The notes under the pieces are model-generated. The model saw only the letters and a list, made by a program, of their open reading frames with translations, was not told the origin of the DNA and did not search any database. From Octopus vulgaris (Eukaryota), in the NCBI GenBank assembly GCA_951406725.2, contig OX597823.1, positions 17,546,001-17,610,000 of the forward strand: DNA of 64,000 bases. Reading direction: 5' to 3'. Below, one piece after another: positions 52,327-64,000 of this stretch. Made by a program: the position numbers and the translations under genes. Positions within the stretch are counted from its first letter, which is position 1, and the number at the start of each line of letters is the position of its first letter.

Positions 52327-52695
52327 ATGTATATGTATGCATATGTTTATGTCTACAAATACGATAGCTTAGGAAAATAGAATTGATTCGAGATTAAATA
52401 ATTCTGAGACGTTCTCCTTCGGAGGTGCTTTATGTGTGTCTCTCGATGTGCTAGGAACAGCAGCCAAGTGGCACTCAAATTACTTGTATTCCATATTCGA
52501 AAAGGGCTTATTGCAGGATAGTTTTAAATACGTAATGCTCAAGATGGCGACCGGTTAATCTTAATGGGAATACTATTAGCGCTCATAAAGTTCTGAAATG
52601 AAATGAATGAGAGAAAGAAAAAAAGAAAGAGAAAAGAAAGTGAGAGTGGAAGAAAGAAATTCTTACAAGGAATTTACAGCGTTTTATAAAATAAT

Positions 52696-53051
52696 CCTTT
52701 CTAGTGAAGGCACAAGATCTTGAAATTTTGGGGGATTTATCGACCCCGAAAGGATGAAAGGCAAAAGTCAACCTCGGCAGAATTGAACTCAGAACGTAGC
52801 GGTAGACGAAATACCTATTTCTTTACTACCCACAAGGGGCTAAACACAGAGGGGACAAACAAGGACAGACAAACGGATTAAGTCGATTACATCGACCCCA
52901 GTGCGTAACTGGTACTTAATATATCGACCCCGAAAGGATGAAAGGCAAAGTCAACCTCGGCGGATTTTGAACTCAGAACGTAAGGGCAGACGAAATACCT
53001 CTAAGCAATTCTCCCGGCGTGCTACCGTTTCTGCCAGCTCGCCGCCTTAGT
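52696..53051 (-). mobile_element. SINE family A, partially dimeric
   Basis: TSD GTTTTATAAAATAAT at 52681-52695 and 53052-53066. Confidence 0.85.
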
Positions 53052-53168
53052 GTTTTATAAAATAATGATTTGTAACAGAAGTGAAAAAGAATGGTCGAAT
53101 TAAAATGACCTCAAAATTTGACTAGTATTCATATATAATTAATTGATACATGTATAATTAATTCATAT

Positions 53169-53509
53169 AGGTGCAGGAGTGGTTGTGTGGTAAGTAGCAT
53201 GGTTACCAACCACATGGTTCCGGGTTCACTCCCAATGCATGGCACCTTGGGCAAGTGTCTTCTACTATAGCCTCGGGCCGACCAAAGCCTTGTGAGTGAA
53301 TTTGGTAGATGGAAACTGAAAGAAGCCTGTCGATGGTGGTGTGTTTATATCCCCGTAACTTAGCTGTTCAGCAAAAAGAGATCGATAGAATAAGTACTAG
53401 GCTTCCAAAGAATAAGGCCTGGGGTCGATTTGCTCTACTAAAGGCGGTGCTCCAGCATGGCTGCAGTCAAATGACTGAAACAAGTAAAAGAATAACAGAA
53501 TAAAAGAAT
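53169..53509 (+). mobile_element. SINE family B lacking the internal microsatellite
   Basis: GAAGCCTGTCG joined directly to ATGGTGGTGTG. Confidence 0.85.
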
Positions 53510-53768
53510 ATATATAATTAATTAATATCATATGTTAAATACTTTTTGTTAGAAGTATTTTCAGTTTTGTTAGAAATATTTTCGTCGGATTATACCCAAA
53601 TTAATACAAATATATAAACAACGTGACTAAGTCAACAAGCGTGCCTCTAACTGTACTGAAGGTGAACGTGATCTAACTAGGTCAAAATTAGAATCGTTTC
53701 TGATATGTTAAGGACAGTATTCCTCCTGCTCGTTGTTATTCACCTCTAGTTATTCAGTGCAACGCAAT

Positions 53769-54132
53769 GGAAGGAAGCACTCCGTCGGTTACGACGATGA
53801 GGGTTCCGGTTGATCCGAATCAACGGAACAGCCTGCTCGTGAAATTAACGTGTAAGTGGCTGAGCACTCCACAGACACGTGTACCCTTAACGTAGTTCTC
53901 GGGGATATTCAGCGTGACACAGAGAGTGACAAGGCCGGCCCTTTGAAATACAGGTACAACAGAAACAGGAAGTAAAAGTGAGAGAAAGTTGTGGTGAAAG
54001 AGTACAGCAGGGATCACCACCATCCCCCGCCGGAGCCTCGTGGAGCTTTTTAGGTGTTTTCGCTCAATAAACACTCACAACGCCCGGTCTGGGAATCGAA
54101 ACCGCGAGTCCGCTGCCCTAACCACTGGGCCA
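53769..54132 (-). mobile_element. SINE family C, slightly 5' truncated
   Basis: TSD AACGCAAT. Confidence 0.9.
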
Positions 54133-54227
54133 AACGCAATATACATTGACGAACGGACACGGACACACACACACACACACGCACGCACGCACGCACGCAC
54201 ACACGCACAAACACCCACACACATCAA

Positions 54228-54656
54228 TGTTTCAGTCATTTGACTGTAGCCATGCTGGAGCACAGTCTTTAGTCGAGCAAATCGACCCCACGACTTACTC
54301 TTTGTGGTTAGTGATGTTGTGCTCACGACCTTATGATTGCGAGCTCGATTCCAGGACCGGGAGGTGCATTAAAAATATTTACTTATTCTCTCGGTCTCTT
54401 TTGCCGAACCGCTAAGTTACAGGGACGTAAACACACCACCATCGGTTGTCAAGCGATGTTGAGGGGACAAACACAGACAAACATACACACACACATATAT
54501 ATACATATATACGACGGGATTCTTTCAGTTTCCGTCTACCAAACACACTCTCAAGGCTTTGGTCGGCCCGAGTCTATAGTAGAAGACACTTGCCCAAGCT
54601 ACCACGAAGTGGGACTGAACCCGGAACCATGTGGTTCGTAAGCAAGCCACTCCTCC
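54228..54656 (-). mobile_element. SINE family B with a short inserted SINE head
   Basis: Family consensus match, interrupted at ~54305-54380. Confidence 0.8.
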
Positions 54657-55208
54657 TAAAGTTCAAAGTAAAGATTGACAGTGACTTCGAAGGGTTTCTA
54701 CTTGCTCGCATTTATCAGTTTGAAGTGAATATATGTGTATAATTATACATATACATGCATGTGTGTGTTGTTGTTGTGTGTGTGTGTGTGTAACGATTTG
54801 TAGGAAACAAGAGAAAGAAAACTATTAATAGCTGATATGGTCTTTACTTTGTCGTTACAAGGTAAGATGCAACTTCGAGTTATTGCACAAATCCTTGTGC
54901 AATAATTTCAATAAGTTGAAACTCTATTGTTCATTTCGTAGGTAGTTAAGTTCATCTGTGAGTGACTGCTAGGAGAACTGATGGAAGAAGTGTTAACAAG
55001 TGTTAACAAGTAGAAAGGGTGAAAGTTGTATAGTCCCGCCGGTACAAGTCGTTACTGAAGTCTTCTTTTGGCTAGAAACCAAGATTAAAAGGTGAAAGAT
55101 AAAAGATTTTTCAGTTAAAATCAGTTACAAAATAGTACGACTCATACACGTGTAACTACGGTAATTCATATTCTCTCTAGTGCGTTAAATAATATTCATT
55201 AGCAGTAT

Positions 55209-55458
55209 CTCTTTTATCTCTTTTATTTGTTTCAGTCATTTGACTGCGGCCATGCTGGAGTACCGCCTTTAATCGAGCAACTCGACCCCGGGACTTATTC
55301 TTTTTTTTTTTGTAAGCCCAGTACTTATTCTATCGGTATCTTTTGCCGAACCGCTAAGTGACGGGGACATAAACACACCAGCATCGGTTGTCAAGCAATG
55401 CTAGAGGGACAAACACAGACACACAAACACACACACGCATACATATATATATATATAT

Positions 55459-55497
<39 letters not shown>

Positions 55498-55664
55498 TAT
55501 GACGGGCTTCTTTCAGTTTCCGTCTACCAAATCCACTCACAAGGCTTTGGTCGGCCCGAAGCTATAGTAGAAGACACTTGCCCTAGGTGCCACGCAGTGG
55601 GACTGAACCCGGAATTATGTGGTTGGTAAGCAAGCTACTTACCACACAGTCACTCCTGCGCCTA
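55209..55664 (-). mobile_element. SINE family B, full length
   Basis: Family consensus match. Confidence 0.9.
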
Positions 55665-56285
55665 TGTATATATAATTTCTAATATACTTCATCGGATGAT
55701 TAATTCCATGTTTCTACAAATATATGTAAATGACGTGACTAAGAGAGCAAGTGTGTTTCTGATTGTACTCATGAAGAATGTGACCAAACTAGGTCAAATT
55801 TTGGGTTATTTCTGTTATAACGATAATGATTTCACTGGAGGTTATTAACCACTGGATCTATTCTAGTGTAAAACTTACCCACTAACTCAGTTTCTCACTT
55901 ACCCCCAATCTCTCTCTTTCTCTCAAAGCATGACAAAACTATTAATTAAAAGATAGTGTCTCCCATAAGTATAATTATATCTCCATTAGGAGCTAATGGT
56001 AATGTGAGTGTGTGTTTATATGTGTGTGAGTGAGTGTGTGAGCGTGTGCTATGAATGTGTATGTATGTCAGTTAAAGTATGTAAACCACCCTCAGGCTAA
56101 CATCCACAAATGCACTACTGCGTCCACCAATATACTGACTCACACTTGTACATTCCTATAACTGCATATACACGTATAGACACAAACGCTACAATTGTAT
56201 ATTATGCATACAAGCATGTCCATGAGAGACACTACGATTTTAAGAACTATATATATATATATATATATATATACTCTTGCTCGTT

Positions 56286-56585
56286 TACTCTTTTACTTGT
56301 TTCAGTCATTTGACTGCGGCCATGCTGGGGCACCACCTACAGTTGAAAAAATCGAACCCAGGACTTATTCTTTGTAAGCTTAGGGCTTATTCTATCGGTT
56401 TCTTTTGCCGAACATATATACGACGGGCTTCTTTCAGTTTCCGTCTACCAATTCCACTCACAAGGCTTTGGTCGGCCCGAGGCTATAGTAGAAGCCGCTT
56501 GCCCAAGGTGCCATGCAGTGGGACTGAACCCGGAACCATGTGGTTGGTAAGCAAGCTACTTACCACACAGCCACTCCTGCGCCTA
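56286..56585 (-). mobile_element. SINE family B, internally deleted
   Basis: Family consensus match. Confidence 0.85.
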
Positions 56586-56810
56586 TATATAGAAGAAAGG
56601 TATTAAAATCTGAAATGTAAGATCCCTTCCTTGAAGACGGCCGTTCGTCTCATCCTGTGTTAAATGCATCCATACGACCGCATTTTCTGATGGACTAAAT
56701 CTACAAACGTTGCTATGGATCGCCGAGCCCCCAGAAACAGTTGTTGGATTCGCTATAGCTTTCTTCCACACCTTTAATTTTCTCTGTCATATGTATTCAA
56801 ATAAGTAAAC

Positions 56811-56910
56811 ACTTGGGCAAGTGTCTTCTACTATAACTTCGGGCCGACCAAAACCTTGTGAGTGGCTTTGGTAGACGGATTTTGAAAGAAGCCCGTCGTA
56901 TATATGTATA

Positions 56911-56960
<50 letters not shown>

Positions 56961-57090
56961 TGTGTGTTTGTCCCTCAACATCGCTTGACAACCGATGCTG
57001 GTGTGTTTACGTCCCCGTAACTTAGCGGTTCGGCAAAAGTGACCGATAGAATAAGTACTAGGCTTTACAAAGAATAAGTACTGGGGTCGA
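56811..57090 (+). mobile_element. SINE family B, truncated
   Basis: Family consensus match. Confidence 0.85.
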
Positions 57091-57260
57091 TATACTTTAT
57101 ATTTTGAGGTGTGTAATCTTCTTATCCTTACATTTGCTTCTCTACCCGCTCATCCTGATCTTTCTGAAGCTTTGTTTTAACTTGTGGAATGATCTCCTGG
57201 GAAGACATCGGATTCTAAATTTGAATCTTTTGATACGGAAAATATCTGGATCTCATCTGT

Positions 57261-57321
<61 letters not shown>

Positions 57322-57551
57322 AACTAAAGTTATTGAACAAACAAATGCAAGGTCATCCACATAACATTTCATAATTCGAACATTTAATCATAGAATATAC
57401 ATATAAACATCCCGCAAGATGGAACATAATTGAAACTACACAGAAACCAAACATACATATACACGCACGCATACATACATGCATACATAAGTATATACAT
57501 AAATACATACCTACCTACATACATACATACATACATACATACATACATACA

Positions 57552-57582
<31 letters not shown>

Positions 57583-57607
57583 TATATATAGATTTAAGTA
57601 TAGATAT

Positions 57608-57850
57608 GTGAAGGCTTAGTGGTTTGGGGTGTCAGCATCATGATCGTAAGATTGTGGTTTCGAAACCTGGACCGGGCGACGCGTTGTGTTCTTGAGCAAA
57701 ACATTTCATTTCATGTTGCTCCAGTCCACTCAGCTGGCAAAAATGCGTAACGCTGCGACGGACGGGCGTCCCGTCAGCTGGCGAACACATACGCCATTGA
57801 AACCGGGAAACCGGGCCCATGAGCGTAGCTAGGCTTTAAAAGGGCGCATT
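57608..57850 (+). mobile_element. SINE family D
   Basis: tRNA-like head; TGTGTTCTTGAGCAAAAC; GCGACGGACGGGCGTCCCGTC domain; (TTTA)n tail. Confidence 0.75.
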
Positions 57851-57885
57851 TATTTATTTATTTTAAATATAGATACACGATGCGT

Positions 57886-57960
<75 letters not shown>

Positions 57961-58257
57961 TGTGACATTTTCTAAAAATAAAACGAATCTTCCAGTCAAC
58001 CGGCTTTACTGCGACGCCAGTAATCTTTTTCAATCACTATTTTACTGTATTAGTAGCGGGGTATTTTGTCTTAACATACAGTTACTAGTGGACACTTGCT
58101 ACTGACAAAGGTTAATGAGGCAGAAATGAGCATTGTCAATGCCACGTCCGCTACTGTTCGATGTTCATCTGTTTCTGATATATTTCTGTGTTTTTTAACT
58201 CTACATACTATCTCCAGACGAAAGTCGAAGTTAATTAGGTTTTCAATGATGTATCTA

Positions 58258-58822
58258 TTGGGTTGTCTTGATAGTTCGTGCCGATTTATAGTAGCATACC
58301 TTTCGACTTATTTTAGAACATGGTTGAGTCCATAAAATAGGATTTGACTCCACCTTCATTTAGAGCACAGTTTAAGCTATCTTTTCGTGGAAGAAGATTT
58401 ATGTTCCTATAACCTGTGTTAATTTTGTAACCCTTAAAAATGGAAGATAAGAAAATTCATTTTCGGCACTTGATGCTTTGGGAACCAGACAAAACTTGCT
58501 GCAGCTCGACTGGGATGTGTTACCTCACCCTCCATATTCACCAGATATTGCTCCTTCGGATTTCCACTTATTCAGGTCTCTGCAGAATAGTGTTAATGGT
58601 AAAAATTTCAATTCCTTGGATGACGTAAAAAGATACCTTGATAAATTGTTTGCCATGAAACCACCTCACTTCTGGGAAGAGGGTATTTTCAAGTTAAAGG
58701 AAAGATGGAGACGCATTGTGCAACAAAATTGTTCATATTTGGTTGATTAAAAATGTAATGGCAAGTATTTATTGACCTTTTCTTTCATTTAAAAATCGGC
58801 ACGAACTTTCCGGACAACCCAA
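58258..58822 (+). mobile_element. Internally deleted mariner (non-autonomous)
   Basis: TIRs TTGGGTTGTCTTGATAGTTCGTGCCGATTT / AAATCGGCACGAACTTTCCGGACAACCCAA with TA flanks; MEDKKIHFRHLMLWE fused to WDVLPHPPYSPDIAPSDFHLFRSLQN. Confidence 0.93.
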
Positions 58823-59888
58823 TAATTTAAGTATGACGCTGTGATTGCTATATCAAACTAATATTGCTTCTGTGGCGTATAACGAATCCAATTAACTATA
58901 TAAACAGGATACAATGAGTAAGGCGTGTAAAATTGCACTGACTAAACCGCAGAGTGTCTCGTAAAATTAGTTATAGGTCCAGTGTTAATGGCAACAAAAA
59001 TTGTGGATGTGTGTATGTGGGTGTATGTATGAAGAAATACAAAGCACCAGCATGTTTAAATTCAGTTAATTCTTACTGGAGAAGACACGAGAAAGAGAGA
59101 ATTGTAAGACATAGAGATGATAAGCGGAATGGAAAAGGGCAGAACACCATGGAGAATAAGAGAATGGGTGGAACACTAGAGGCAATAGGTGGAACACAAG
59201 AGATGATGAATGACAGAGAAAAGTGTGGGGTACCAGGAATTTATTGTTTTCACTCTATTTATGCAATAATAAAATGAACCGAGGGCAGCATATTCTTATG
59301 GACGAGAATGGTTAATTAAAATTACTCTGGCATTTAACTGGTATACATGGATAATTAATTCCTATTCTCTATTGCATGTTAAATATTTTTTATTAGGAAC
59401 ATAAGCAATTACTAAATATACATAATCTGAAAATTAATCCCATGTTTCTACAGATAAATAAACAATGTGACTAAAAGAACACAAGCGTGCTTCTGACTGC
59501 ACTGAAGGTGAATGTAACCTAACTAGGTTGAAATTGGGATTGCTTTGCTGTCATAACGACAATAATCTCAGTAGGGGTTATTAACCCTGAAGTAATTTAG
59601 TTGTGTGTGTATGTGTGTGTGTTTATGTCAAGTTGTAAAAAAAAACAGTTTAATGTTAAACTGAGGAATTACCCAATTCTCCTTTGTAGAGTACATATTA
59701 AATTTTTACAAGAGGAGTGACAATGACTTCGAAGTTTAGGCCTGTTTGTCCGCGAGTATGTCTGTGTGTATGTGTATAAGCATATACATACATACATACA
59801 TACATACATACATACATACATACATACATACAGACAGACAGACTTACAGACAGACAGGCATATTCTTCATCTATGTATTTGTTTTGCA

Positions 59889-60272
59889 GTGGAGGCGCAA
59901 TGGCCCAGTGGTTAGGGCAGCGGACTCGCGGTCATAGGATCGCGGTTTCGATTCCCAGACCGGGCGTTGTGAGTGTTTATTGAGCGAAAACACCTAAAGC
60001 TCCACGAGGCTCCGGCAGGGGATGGTGGTGATCCCTGCTGTACTCTTTCACCACAACTTTCTCTCACTCTTACTTCCTGTTTCTGTTGTACATGTATTTC
60101 AAAGGGCCGGCCTTGTCACTCTTTGTGTCACGCTGAATATCCCTGAGAACTACGGTAAGGGTACACGTGTCTGTGGAGTGCTCAGCCACTTACACGTTAA
60201 TTTCACGAGCAGGCTGTTCCGTTGATTCGGATCAACCGGAACCCTCGTCGTCGTAACCGACGGAGTGCTTCC
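59889..60272 (+). mobile_element. SINE family C, full length
   Basis: Family consensus match; flanked by a long direct repeat. Confidence 0.9.
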
Positions 60273-60660
60273 ATAAGCATATACATACAGACAGACAGAC
60301 AGACAGACTTACAGATGGACATACATATTCTTCATCTATGTATTTGTTTTGCAAGATCCTTGATATAGAATTTCGAGATGAAACTTGATAGCGTTGTGTT
60401 TTGGTAGGATCAAACATGGTCTTAGGAGTATTATAAATTGCAGGTCATGTGAGACAAACAGTAAACATACAATTACTGAAGAGGAAGGGATGCTGGAGGG
60501 TCACGTGTCATTTATATGGGAACAGATTGTTACGAAGTGACTTTGTTAGATTAATCGCTTAAGCAGCCGATCAATTGATTTTTAATAAAACTGAGATGAA
60601 ATATAATCAGTGTGTTTGCTTTTGTTGACTGCACGGTTATATCCCAAATTACAACATACC

Positions 60661-60886
60661 TGTTTCTTTACTACCCACAAGGGGTTAAACACAGAAGGGA
60701 CAAACAAGGAGAGACAAACGGATTAAGTCAATTATATCGACCCCGGTACTGGTAGGTATCTAATCGACCCCGAAAGGATGAAAGGCAAAGTCGACCTCGG
60801 CGGAATTTGAACTCAGAACGTAGCGACAGACGAAATACTGCTGAGAATTTCGCCCGGCTTGCTAACGATTCTGCCAGCTCGCCGCC
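60661..60886 (-). mobile_element. SINE family A
   Basis: TSD TTACAACATACC. Confidence 0.85.
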
Positions 60887-60989
60887 TTACAACATACCGC
60901 TAACAAGCATGATGCTGTAGTTTTGGTTTGAGTTCAGTTGCCTTAAATAAGTAATGTCATTGGTTGGTTCAATATCTAGAGGTTTTCGC

Positions 60990-61760
60990 TTAGATAAAGC
61001 CTGTTGTTTCATAAACCATTGAAGAACGAGGTGACATCATTAATTGGAACGTATATTATTGAAGGGCGTCCCCGTCCGTGTTCTCTGAGTTCCCAGAGGA
61101 ATTATAACAAATATGTGTTGATTTTGCCCCATTGAAGAACTGAGTGAGTGTAAATGCTAGTAATAACGGATTTTGAAAGAGTTGGTGTAAGTTCGGAATA
61201 ATACATGTCGATAACGTACAGAAGTGCCAAAGAAACATTTGAAAACAGAATCCTCTGAGAGAGAAGGTGGAGGATATCTGCAGGAGTTGTTGAGGTCGGT
61301 TCTGTGTGAATGTGTGATCTATGAAACGATTTTATTGAAGAATTTCTATATCTGTGTGCTGGTGGGAAATCTTGTATTTCTAGAGCTAGAAGGCTCCTTG
61401 CTATATCAGACGTAGTATGTAAGTAGACGGAAGATTAAACAGGGTTACCTTTGTCTTTCTGATTCTTCTATGGTATGTGTGTGCTCATGCGTAGGTTCTT
61501 TATGTATGCTAGCTTCCCACTTGAAACACGTTCGTTAAATGTGTCTGTTAAAAAATGGATGTTTATTGTTAAGTAAATGCTAACAGTTATGTTTGAATCG
61601 ATTTCTTTAAATATTCCTTTAAATCTTTTCTAATTCTAACCATGGTGTGACCACTCATACCGTATTACATTGCCAAGCTGTCATCTCTGGATGACCAGGA
61701 GGTGAGTGGGGTTGATTGTCACTTTTCAAATGTTTTCGGATGTTTGAACAGTCGGAAGAG
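60990..61760 (-). mobile_element. Very degraded Penelope-like ORF relic (thumb/linker and GIY-YIG)
   Basis: Relic peptides KVTLFNLP..DIARSLL..QDFPPAHRY (compare WFNPP..IGK.FL..HFP..H) and TNSFKIRYY.HLHSL. Confidence 0.5.
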
Positions 61761-62433
61761 TGACACTCAATTATGATTCAGGTTGTCTCAGCTTGTGGGA
61801 AAACATTGTCTGTCTGTCTGTCAGTTCATCTTTCACTATATCGACGCACATACATATATCGACAATAATCATACTTTTCATTTAAAACAGTGGTCATCTC
61901 TCTCTTTCTCTCTCTCTCTTCCTCCCCTCTTTCTCCCTACCTAGAAGCCAGCGAATCCAGTTCTTACTTTACTTCTATTCTTTTTCTGCCTACCACATTC
62001 TTTATATATCGAACAATATTACAGTATATATAACAGCCATCTGATAGACATCCTACAAGCTACCCTAATCCGACCCTACATTATCGGTGCACATAAAACC
62101 TGCCGTCTGTTATTTTCTTGAACTTGGGCGAATTCTAAGAAGAATAAAACATGACTACTCTTGCAGGTGTGAAGGCACGTAGCCAACTGATTATCGTTGG
62201 GCACACAATCTATGGATGGGGCTTCGATTCCTGAAGTTAACCTTGAGATGGACTAGCGTCCTGTTCAGGTGGAAGCGGTGTAATCTCAGTCACTAGAATG
62301 CCGTGGAAACTGTGTTAAGGCTTGGCGCTATGAGTCATAGGGTTCATGAGAGACCTAAATCTTGCGAGTACCATCATCTGAGTAAACAAATATCCTCGAA
62401 CTAGTTAATGCTTTCAAGTACTTTGTCTTAAAT

Positions 62434-62521
62434 CAGGGGTCTCCAAAGTGGTCGATATCGACCCCTGGGGATCGATGAGACTATTCAAGGGGTCGATAAA
62501 TGCCTGAAACTGCACAGCTAC

Positions 62522-62560
<39 letters not shown>

Positions 62561-62646
62561 TATTTTTCTTGTACATGCTTGGGGGTCGATGAGGCGTCAA
62601 GGGTTTCATGAAGAGGTCGGGAGTCTAAAAAATTTAGAGACAACTG
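62434..62646. mobile_element. hAT-like MITE
   Basis: Ends CAGGGGTCTCCAAA / TTTAGAGACAACTG; repeated GGGGTCGAT subterminal motifs; TSD not well preserved. Confidence 0.55.
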
Positions 62647-62716
62647 CTTTGAATTGTTGTTCACCAAGATTTAAACACAGGTATTTATAAAAAAAAAAAA
62701 AAATGAAAGAAAATAT

Positions 62717-63005
62717 GTGAAGGCGCATGGCCTAGTGGTTAGGGTGTCAGCACCATGATCATAAGATTGTGGGTTCGATTCCTGGAAGGGATGGCACATT
62801 GTGTTCTTGAGCAAAACACTCCATTTCACGTTGCTCCAGTCCGCTCAGCTGTAAATGGGAAATCATGCGACAGAATAGTCTTCCAATCAGGGGGGATGTT
62901 GACCAGCTCGCCTTGCCAGTGAGGTAGCTTTATTCGAAGGCTAAAACAATGCGAAGCGCATTGTAACCAGCGTTTTACAACCTCATCTGATAGCCTGGTC
63001 AATAC
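62717..63005 (+). mobile_element. SINE family D
   Basis: GTGAAGGCGCATGGCCTAGTGGTTAG head; GGTTCGATTCC B box. Confidence 0.75.
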
Positions 63006-63121
63006 TGCGATTTACAAACATAGGTTTCTTATACGTTAAGTATATTTTTGTGTGTGCATGCTTATGTCTATATTTGTGTATGTATGTATTGGCGTGTAGA
63101 ATTTTAAAGTCAACGTTCTTT

Positions 63122-63315
63122 TATTCTTTTATTTGTTTCAGTCATTTGACTGTGGCTATGCTGGAGCACCACCTTTAGTCGAGCAAATCGAACCCAGGAC
63201 TGATTCTTTGTAAGCCCAGGACTTATTCTATCGGTCTCTCTTGCCGAACCGTTAAGTTACGGGGACGTAAACACACCAGAATCGGTTGTCAAGCGATGTT
63301 GGGGGGACAAACACA

Positions 63316-63410
<95 letters not shown>

Positions 63411-63573
63411 GACAGGCTTCTTTCAGTTTCCGTCTACCAAATCCACTCACAAGGCTTTGGTCGGCCCGAGGCTATAGTAGAAGACACTTGCCCAAGGTAC
63501 CACGCAGTGGGACTGAACCCGGAACCATGTGGTTGGTAAACAAGCTACTTACCACACAGCCACCCCTGCGCCT
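63122..63573 (-). mobile_element. SINE family B, full length
   Basis: Family consensus match. Confidence 0.9.
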
Positions 63574-64000
63574 TATTTACAAACTTAGTGTTAAGTCCTT
63601 CCAAAATTTCTCAAGTAGATTAAAATTAGATACTCGGGACAATATTGTTGTTCGTTGATAATGTTTACATCACAAACGGATATTATAAGATGAAGGCAAG
63701 GGTAACGTGATATTTCTTTTGCCGTATGACTAGTTTTTTTAATCAAGATATGGCTTTAAAATCTCAGTTGCCCGCTCCGCTACTTTACACTCCCCATGGA
63801 ATTATATTAAACTTGCTGTTATAAACCCATTGATTGGTCCTCTCAACGAAAAGGAACTGAGGGTTTTTATTGCACAGTCTTATACATCGAAGTCTTCTAA
63901 GAAGTGATTATCTTTATAAAAACAATTTCTTTTAAGTTTTTTTTTTTTGTTGCATTTTTTGCTTTTAAAACATTTAAAATGGTTTTAGTCAGGACGAGAG

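Larger units (their letters stand above)
50886..59565 (+). repeat. Four dispersed same-orientation copies of a ~100-290-bp module (cores near 50886, 53622, 55735, 59467)
   Basis: Shared TGACTAAG..CAAGCGTGC..ACTGTACTGAAGGT..TGACCTAACTAGGTCAAA..TTTCTG..ATAACGACAAT. Confidence 0.85.

Noticed and set aside
63296-63658. Recurrent ORF RASFSFRLPNPLTRLWSARGYSRRHLPKVP
   Set aside because: Antisense translation of SINE family B

Overview
AT-rich, microsatellite-laden eukaryotic non-coding DNA, almost entirely transposon-derived. The SINE families and repeat texture look like octopus (coleoid cephalopod) DNA, but this is an inference from recalled repeat sequences. No intact host protein-coding gene is supported, and nearly all listed ORFs are microsatellite or SINE artefacts; a possible first exon pair lies at 1-248 on the minus strand. 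Contents: about 35 copies of four tRNA-derived SINE families; a Tc1 transposase relic with a spliceosomal intron; three mariner relics (one Hsmar1-like, full length); five non-autonomous Helitrons; MITE/foldback elements, one carrying TTAGGG repeats; LINE relics (CR1/L2-like, Tx1/L1-like, R4/Dong-like nested in TAA arrays, and an APE-type LINE with an internal 29-bp minisatellite); and several Penelope-like fragments. Most notable are at least six sequence-distinct type-I hammerhead ribozyme motifs, including a 338-bp TSD-flanked element that joins a tRNA-like Pol III head to a hammerhead and a Penelope-style inverted tail. Also notable are a 555-bp non-coding element found only in TAA arrays and a four-copy local module carrying nuclear-receptor-like sites. 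All structures were read by eye, and coordinates of degraded elements are approximate.
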